The notes under the pieces are model-generated. The model ran no database searches, was not told the origin of the DNA, and saw only the letters and a program-made list of their open reading frames with translations. DNA of 64,000 nt, taken from positions 9,557 through 73,556 of IMG/VR virus record IMGVR_UViG_2579778873_000001. The stretch is one strand, 5' to 3'. Source of the DNA: a virus (Duplodnaviria > Heunggongvirae > Uroviricota > Caudoviricetes). The position numbers and the translations under genes were made by a program. Of the stretch, positions 58,020-64,000 are shown piece by piece (within the stretch, counting starts at the first letter, position 1; each line of letters opens with the position of its first letter).

Positions 58020-58466
58020 TTAATCAAGATTTACATATTCCGTGATAGCTTTTATGGCTTCATCGGCACTGCGCGCCTCAAAGCAGTAATAGCCTGCTTC
58101 CGTGAGGCGAGTCATCCAGACGAGCTGTTCGGGAGTCAGACGGTTTCTCCCGTGCTTCATCTCAATGCGCATTCCGTGATACCCACCACGAGCAAGGTCA
58201 ATAGAAAGGTCCGGATAGCCCTTCTTCTGACCTTCTGCCACCATCTTAATGGCTGTCCTTTTGCCTCTCAGGCCGCCGTTCGGTGTTGAGTGTGTGTGCT
58301 CATACACGTATCGCATGTTGCGATACAGCCAATCCAGAACGCGAACCTGTTCGTAATGTTCGTAATTCCGTTTTAATAAGTCAGGATTTCTTTCTAACTC
58401 TCTCAGTGCAGCAGCGTGCGGGGATATTTCAGAATACGCACTATGATGCCTGCGTCTTCGCATCAA
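58020..58466 (-). CDS. VRR-NUC domain nuclease (PD-(D/E)xK superfamily)
   Basis: 148 aa with GYPDLSIDL ... RIEMKHGRN arrangement typical of VRR-NUC; operator overlaps its start. Confidence 0.55.
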   Translation of the reverse strand: MMRRRRHHSAYSEISPHAAALRELERNPDLLKRNYEHYEQVRVLDWLYRNMRYVYEHTHSTPNGGLRGKRTAIKMVAEGQKKGYPDLSIDLARGGYHGMRIEMKHGRNRLTPEQLVWMTRLTEAGYYCFEARSADEAIKAITEYVNLD

Positions 58467-58482
58467 TTTTCTAACACAAAAT
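58465..58482. promoter_or_regulatory. C1-type operator motif overlapping the nuclease start codon
   Basis: caattttctaacacaaaa. Confidence 0.5.
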
Positions 58483-58634
58483 TCCTTAAATCATGAACAC
58501 GATAATAACAAGATCGTTAGCTTTATCAAAATCGAGGGGAATACTACTAAAGAGATAGGCGAATGCAACAGGTCGGACTTGTTTTTAGAATAAATGGTGA
58601 TGCGGGTCAACAAGCCGGGTAAATTGTATGTCAT

Positions 58635-61600
58635 TTAACTATTCTGTGTCGGGGTCATTATTGAAATTATTGTCCCACCGGCCCCACCGCCAGCACCGAA
58701 AAACGTCTCGCTGTTCGAGTATGCCTTGCAGCCGCCCCCTCCGCCACCGCCGCCCGTTATTGTGACCCTGATCCGTTTTGTTCCTGGGGTTGGGGTATAC
58801 GTACCTGATGAAGTGAAAACCTGGGTATTCACCAAACGCCCAACATATCCGCTTGAATCGCTCAGGCCAAGGTTAGCAGCAGTTAAAGTAATATTTGCAG
58901 AACCATCAAACTTAACACCGTTGATAGTGCGTGCAGTCTGTAGTTTCGTTGCGGTTGCGGCATTACCGGTAGTGCTCTGATTACCTGCTTTATTCACGCC
59001 CGGCAGGTCGATATTGGCACTACCATCGAATGACACTCCGCCTATTGTGCGTGCTGTTTGCAGTTTTGTTGCAGTTGCAGCATTGCCGGTAGTGCTCTGA
59101 TTACCTGCTTTATTCACGCCCGGCAGGTCGATATTGGCACTACCATCGAACGACACGCCGCCGATTGTGCGTGCAGTCTGTAGTTTCGTTGCGGTTGCGG
59201 CATTACCGGTAGTGCTCTGATTACCTGCTTTATTCACGCCCGGCAGGTCGATATTGGCACTACCATCGAATGACACTCCGCCGATTGTGCGTGCTGTTTG
59301 CAGTTTTGTTGCAGTTGCAGCATTACCGTTCAAACTACCATTGATGCCGCCAGTAACATTGAGTCCATTACCGATCGTAACAGTACCATTGGCGTTGTTA
59401 ATAATAAGCGGCCTTAAATTATTATAGGTTCCCAGGCTGTTACCCGAATCGGTCAACATGAAAAATGTGTGTGAACCATCGTTTCGGATAAAGAATCCGT
59501 AGTTTCCGTAGGCAATGCGCTGACCATTCGCCGATTTTGAAATGATCTCACCAGTAGCCGTTAAACCGCCTTTGAGATTTCCTCCGGTTATTGGGAATGC
59601 GCCGACATCCGTGGCGGTCGGTTTAATGTGCGAACTGTAAATGACATATACAGTTCCATCTGTCAGGCCTGTTGGTTTATCCGCTGTATAAGATGGTGAT
59701 GTATGAATCGTTACGCTGGCGTTCCTGGTATAATCCCACTGGATATTTACACCCGTGGCGTAATTACCTATTTCAACATAAACATCATAGGTATCACCGG
59801 ATGTATTCACCCATGCAAAATTAGTAAATCCAACCGATGTCCGTCGCCATAACGCACCGGTAAGACCTTTTGGATTCCCATTTCCCGCACGAAGAACAAG
59901 TTCAGATATACCAGCCTGCATAGGGGAGTTAACATTATATCCAGCACCACCAATCAGGCTTATGTAAACCATAGAACTGGCCTGTGGCATGGTTACAGTT
60001 GCCAGCTTGAACCATCCAGCACCACCACTAAAAGACATTGTTGTTGAGTTGATCGTGCCTATAGACCTTGGAGTTAGCTCAATGTTTTTAGAACCGTCAA
60101 ACGACACCCCATTTATAGTTCTCGCGGTTTGTAACTTGGTCGCTGTAGCCGCGTTACCGGATGTATTCTGATTACCCGCAACGTTAACACCAGGTAAATT
60201 AATATTCGCAGTACCATCAAAGCTAACTCCGCCGATAGTTCTTGCCGTCTGTAGTTTTGTAGCAGTTGCTGCATTGCCAGTTGTATTCTGATTGCCAGTG
60301 GCATTCACACCAGGAATGGAGTCCCTTGATGTATATACCTGCGCCCACGCTGACCATGCCGCATCAGCGTAATCTCTTCGGGAGCGAATGAAAACCGGCG
60401 CATGTGCACCGCTCGTACCACTCCAGCCAATAAGCAACTCGCCCTCACCAGCAGCACTCGCACCTTTCATGTGCAATACGTTGCCATACGCGGTCGGGTA
60501 GCTATTGTTGTACGCCTCATACATCTGCAATCCAGTAGCAGCACCTTGTGTTGTATCGGTGAGCGCAGTAACACGCCCTCTGGACGTGATTGTTGGTATC
60601 GAAATGTTCGCAGAACCATCAAACTTAACACCGTTGATTGTGCGGGCTGTTTGCAGTTTTGTAGCGGTTGCAGCATTACCGGTAGTGCTCTGATTACCTG
60701 CTTTATTCACGCCCGGCAGGTCGATATTGGCACTACCATCGAATGACACTCCACCTATTGTGCGTGCTGTTTGCAGTTTCGTAGCGGTTGCAGCATTGCC
60801 GGTAGTGCTCTGATTACCTGCTTTATTCACGCCCGGCAGGTCGATATTGGCACTACCATCGAACGACACTCCGCCGATTGTGCGTGCTGTTTGCAGTTTT
60901 GTGGCGGTGGATGCATTACCTGTCAAAGATCCACTAAGAGCCACGGCACGAAGAGACTTAACACTTACATCCTGACCCCATCCGGAAACAACAACCTGAC
61001 TCCACGCTGCCCAGCTTCCATTAACAACAAAGCGAACGTATATACGTTTTGTGTCGTTGCTGATCAGCGTTTGCATGTTCGCATAATCCGAAGCAGAAAC
61101 TTTGCGAGTCGACTCTACACGGAGCAAAAAGTTACCGGTTACACCGTCAGGCTTGTTGGTGATATTTGCACCACCTCCAAAGGTTGGACAACAATAATAT
61201 TTAATTGCCCCGACATCTGAGATGATGGTCAGGTTGTTAAGATCAACCGTCTGGCCGCCAATGTCTTCCGGATCGATGGCTCCTGCTATCCCGGCACTGA
61301 ATGTAGCAGCGGCTGAAAACGCTGTCTTACCTTTGAAAGTCTGTTGAGAACTCCAGGTATTAGCTGTGCTCAACAGGGGGATCTTTTCGCCGCTGGTTCC
61401 GATTTCTCTTAAACCAAGGTATTGGATAACAGCCAGTGTGCTTGTTTTAGCCAGGATATCGCGACCGACTGACGTTAAATCAGTCTGGGAAACAGTGTCT
61501 GTACCGGTAAAGTACGGCAATTTATTTGCGCCTGTCGCAAGCCCAGCAAGCGCGGTTAAAGTTGCATCAAGTGGCTGTTTGCCTGCCAGCGCATTTGTCA

Positions 61601-63080
61601 TTGTTGTCGCAAAGTTCGGGTCATTGCCCAGTGCTGCTGCAAGCTCATTCAGGGTATCAAGAGCTTCAGGTGATGAGCCGACCAATGCAGAGATAGCAGC
61701 TCTTACATAAGCGGTCGTAGCAATCTGCGTGTTATTCGTACCCTGTGCAGCGGTAGGCGCAGTAGGTATTCCCGTTAATGCAGGACTTGCTAAAGGAGCT
61801 TTAAGAGCCAGAGCATTGTTGATAGTTTTGCTGAAATTCGGGTCGTTATTGATCGCAGCCGCTATTTCTTTAAGCGTATCCAGTGTGCCAGGTGCACCGT
61901 TGATAAGTGCCGTTATAGCTGCCTTAACAAAGGCTGTATTTGCAATCTGCGTGCTATTTGTGCCTTGTGAGGCCGTAGGCACTGTCGGCGTACCGGTGAA
62001 CGCCGGGCTTGCCAAAGGAGCTTTAAGAGCCAGAGCATTGTTGATAGTTGTGCTGAAATTCGGGTCGTTATTGATCGCAGCCGCTATTTCTTTAAGCGTA
62101 TCCAGTGTGCCAGGTGCACCGTTGATAAGTGCCGTTATAGCTGCCTTAACAAAGGCTGTATTTGCAATCTGCGTGCTATTTGTGCCTTGTGAGGCCGTAG
62201 GCACTGTCGGCGTACCGGTGAACGCCGGGCTTGCCAAAGGAGCTTTAAGAGCCAGAGCATTGTTGATAGTTGTGCTGAAATTCGGGTCGTTATTGATCGC
62301 AGCCGCTATTTCTTTAAGCGTATCCAGTGTGCCAGGTGCACCGTTGATAAGTGCCGTTATAGCTGCCTTAACAAAGGCTGTATTTGCGATCTGCGTGCTA
62401 TTTGTGCCTTGTGAGGCCGTAGGCACTGTCGGCGTACCTGACAGATGCGGACTATTGAGCGGAGCTTTTGTATCAACCAAATCATGAAGAGTTTTGACAG
62501 CCAGAGGTGTAGCCGCTTTTCTTTCTTCTGTACTGCTTATTTCATTAGAGAATTCGACACCAACAGCACGGTTAACTCGGTATTTAAGCACAATCATTTC
62601 TTTAGTCACAGCCGTTGCGCCGCTAGGCACGATAACTCGACATAATTCAATTTGATTCTGCCCAATAGTATTGTCCCTACGCGCGTAAATTCTTGCAGCA
62701 CTGACAGAAGATGCGCTCTCTACCTGTGTCGTTTTTACACCATGTTCAAAATTGGCTTCCAGCACAATAATGTTGGTAGCCCCAGCCTTTACCGAGACAG
62801 TCACATCTTCTATTTGCTGAATGGATATCTGAACATTATTTACATCTACTGAAGCAGCCCCTTTACCTTCTGAGTTTTCAGAAGTTATACGGACGCTCAA
62901 CCCTGTGCCGGGAACTGGTTCAAATCCACAGTAAAAGCCCGGCAAAACAATATTTTTAAGTTTTCTGTTAAGAGCAGAACTACTATAGAGTTCGAAATAT
63001 TGAACATCAGCAAGCAACGGCTGTGAGACACCAGAGGATAGTGTCATTATGTTGTTCGTTTTATCAGCACCCATAATCAA
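58635..63080 (-). CDS. Tail fiber protein (1481 aa) with modular repeats and Gly-rich C-terminus
   Basis: Three 74-aa repeats near the N-terminus (NTAFVKAAITALINGAPGTLDTLKEIAAAINNDPNF...), many 40-aa repeats (TARTIGGVSFDGSANIDLPGVNKAGNQSTTGNAATATKLQ), tail GGGGGGGGCKAYSNSETFFGAGGGAGG. Confidence 0.8.
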   Translation of the reverse strand: MIMGADKTNNIMTLSSGVSQPLLADVQYFELYSSSALNRKLKNIVLPGFYCGFEPVPGTGLSVRITSENSEGKGAASVDVNNVQISIQQIEDVTVSVKAGATNIIVLEANFEHGVKTTQVESASSVSAARIYARRDNTIGQNQIELCRVIVPSGATAVTKEMIVLKYRVNRAVGVEFSNEISSTEERKAATPLAVKTLHDLVDTKAPLNSPHLSGTPTVPTASQGTNSTQIANTAFVKAAITALINGAPGTLDTLKEIAAAINNDPNFSTTINNALALKAPLASPAFTGTPTVPTASQGTNSTQIANTAFVKAAITALINGAPGTLDTLKEIAAAINNDPNFSTTINNALALKAPLASPAFTGTPTVPTASQGTNSTQIANTAFVKAAITALINGAPGTLDTLKEIAAAINNDPNFSKTINNALALKAPLASPALTGIPTAPTAAQGTNNTQIATTAYVRAAISALVGSSPEALDTLNELAAALGNDPNFATTMTNALAGKQPLDATLTALAGLATGANKLPYFTGTDTVSQTDLTSVGRDILAKTSTLAVIQYLGLREIGTSGEKIPLLSTANTWSSQQTFKGKTAFSAAATFSAGIAGAIDPEDIGGQTVDLNNLTIISDVGAIKYYCCPTFGGGANITNKPDGVTGNFLLRVESTRKVSASDYANMQTLISNDTKRIYVRFVVNGSWAAWSQVVVSGWGQDVSVKSLRAVALSGSLTGNASTATKLQTARTIGGVSFDGSANIDLPGVNKAGNQSTTGNAATATKLQTARTIGGVSFDGSANIDLPGVNKAGNQSTTGNAATATKLQTARTINGVKFDGSANISIPTITSRGRVTALTDTTQGAATGLQMYEAYNNSYPTAYGNVLHMKGASAAGEGELLIGWSGTSGAHAPVFIRSRRDYADAAWSAWAQVYTSRDSIPGVNATGNQNTTGNAATATKLQTARTIGGVSFDGTANINLPGVNVAGNQNTSGNAATATKLQTARTINGVSFDGSKNIELTPRSIGTINSTTMSFSGGAGWFKLATVTMPQASSMVYISLIGGAGYNVNSPMQAGISELVLRAGNGNPKGLTGALWRRTSVGFTNFAWVNTSGDTYDVYVEIGNYATGVNIQWDYTRNASVTIHTSPSYTADKPTGLTDGTVYVIYSSHIKPTATDVGAFPITGGNLKGGLTATGEIISKSANGQRIAYGNYGFFIRNDGSHTFFMLTDSGNSLGTYNNLRPLIINNANGTVTIGNGLNVTGGINGSLNGNAATATKLQTARTIGGVSFDGSANIDLPGVNKAGNQSTTGNAATATKLQTARTIGGVSFDGSANIDLPGVNKAGNQSTTGNAATATKLQTARTIGGVSFDGSANIDLPGVNKAGNQSTTGNAATATKLQTARTINGVKFDGSANITLTAANLGLSDSSGYVGRLVNTQVFTSSGTYTPTPGTKRIRVTITGGGGGGGGCKAYSNSETFFGAGGGAGGTIISIMTPTQNS
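58925..59330. repeat. Near-perfect 120-bp tandem repeats (block 1) inside the tail fiber gene
   Basis: Units start at about 58921, 59041, 59161, 59281, differing at a few positions. Confidence 0.8.
60600..60900. repeat. Near-perfect 120-bp tandem repeats (block 2) inside the tail fiber gene
   Basis: Same unit family as block 1 with diverged copies at 60100-60300; the blocks flank a unique central segment. Confidence 0.8.
61640..62450. repeat. Near-perfect 222-bp tandem repeats in the tail fiber 5' region
   Basis: gccgctatttctttaagcgtatccagtgtgcc recurs at about 61858, 62080, 62302. Confidence 0.8.
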
Positions 63081-63523
63081 CCCTCAACTTGCTCGATTGT
63101 CATGAGAATACTGTAACGTTTACCTTTATAGAGGGTGTCTTGCTGGGTGCAAAGCACAGCAAAAGCCTGTTCCTCAGCATCAACAAGCACAAGCGTGTTA
63201 AAGGCGTAAGGCGTGTTCTCCGGCATTCTTTCTTGAGGGAAGGCTGCATTGATAGTGATAATCCCATCCACACTGGACAATATCAGATCGGACACAGCAA
63301 ACTGTTGAGCGTTACTCAATTTAAAATTGAGTGGAATGTCCGCTATATTCCAGCCTCCTGCACCATTAGCAGTTACCAGACTAGATTTGCACCAATACGC
63401 CTTAGAGATAACAAAACGCGCACCTTTGCCGATCGCCGACTCAGCGCGGCGTGAATAATAGTAGGAAAGCAATTGCGCCTTATACAGGCGGTTACCATCT
63501 CTTACCTTTAAATTTTCAGCCAT
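63077..63523 (-). CDS. Tail protein upstream of tail fiber, unassigned
   Basis: 148-aa ORF whose stop overlaps the tail fiber start (ATGA). Confidence 0.45.
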   Translation of the reverse strand: MAENLKVRDGNRLYKAQLLSYYYSRRAESAIGKGARFVISKAYWCKSSLVTANGAGGWNIADIPLNFKLSNAQQFAVSDLILSSVDGIITINAAFPQERMPENTPYAFNTLVLVDAEEQAFAVLCTQQDTLYKGKRYSILMTIEQVEG

Positions 63524-63617
63524 ACGAACATAGCCCCTTCATAAGCAATGAACCAAAGGAGAGTATGCTCAGTTTGTGATTTCCGTTGTTCTTCCCCCAA
63601 ATGCGGGGGAAGAATTA

Positions 63618-63944
63618 TTAAACAGGTTGAAGGTGGTAATCCAAAGGCCACGCATCGAGTGGGGTTACATCAAGATGTAATTGCTTTTCTGCCGTTCGGT
63701 TCGGTATGGCGTTAAGAGGAATATTGTCTACCTGGCTGGAGGTATCACTATGGGATAGCATATCAGCCATACTCTCAGTAACATAAACACCTTCAATTAC
63801 CGAAATATCCGTAGACAAGCAATTTAGTATTTCTGCCACTTCAGGGAATACTGCACTAAGCCGAAACGAGGCGCCATCAAAAACAATATGCAATGGCAAC
63901 AATGGGGCTATTACTGTTTCGAAGTCAGATAACAATTTCTGCAC
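63618..63944 (-). CDS. Hypothetical tail-module protein
   Basis: 108-aa ORF near the window edge; upstream context not visible. Confidence 0.4.
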   Translation of the reverse strand: MQKLLSDFETVIAPLLPLHIVFDGASFRLSAVFPEVAEILNCLSTDISVIEGVYVTESMADMLSHSDTSSQVDNIPLNAIPNRTAEKQLHLDVTPLDAWPLDYHLQPV

Positions 63945-64000
63945 AGCAGCTTCTCGATCCTGCTCTCCATATGAGCGATATAGCTTGTTCTGATCAACAA

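Noticed and set aside
58925-62450. CRISPR array suggested by regular direct repeats
   Set aside because: The repeats are 120 and 222 bp, contiguous with no unique spacers, in frame within one long ORF, and encode repeated protein modules; no cas genes.
1-64000. Integrase with attachment site, IS elements or transposases
   Set aside because: No transposase-like ORF or terminal inverted repeats recognised; the only tyrosine recombinase is Cre-family beside a lox-type site, consistent with plasmid dimer resolution.

Overview
The window reads as part of a P1/D6-like plasmid prophage (phage-plasmid) of Enterobacteriaceae, with several cargo insertions. Every call rests on reading the sequence and translated ORFs against remembered protein families; no database search was run. 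Left to right: a RepE/RepFIB-family initiator with downstream iterons (27-1080); a minus-strand virion morphogenesis operon (1164-8258); an overlapped spanin pair and a PAAR-like tail tip gene (9272-11054); two tandem partition systems, ParMR then ParA plus a small partner (11120-13960); a complete host-type glnS with its own terminator (14108-15820); a fused C5/N6A methyltransferase Dmt and an RdgC homolog (15818-18995); baseplate genes; higBA followed by an AT-rich membrane-protein insertion (22407-24126); an operator-controlled early-type operon with Ea22-like, DUF551, ClpX-zinc-finger and lambda-type phosphatase genes (29696-40654); a LexA-box-controlled humD-phd-doc module (41334-42435); two DUF2829 (Tad2-like) proteins and dUTPase; a Cre-family recombinase next to a rox-like 14-4-14 site (45424-46636); lpa-pacA-pacB-like packaging genes; a tRNA cluster (Ile-CAU, Thr, Asn, plus one doubtful tRNA-like element); and a 1481-aa tail fiber built from near-perfect tandem DNA repeats. 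A 17-bp motif centred on TTCTAACA recurs at least 14 times at operon starts and is the likely operator of a C1-type master repressor with P1-unlike specificity. The best candidates for something undescribed are the AT-rich membrane protein beside a truncated antitoxin, the two DUF2829 proteins, a 44-aa hydrophobic peptide missing from the ORF track, and the captured glnS; none can be confirmed from sequence alone.
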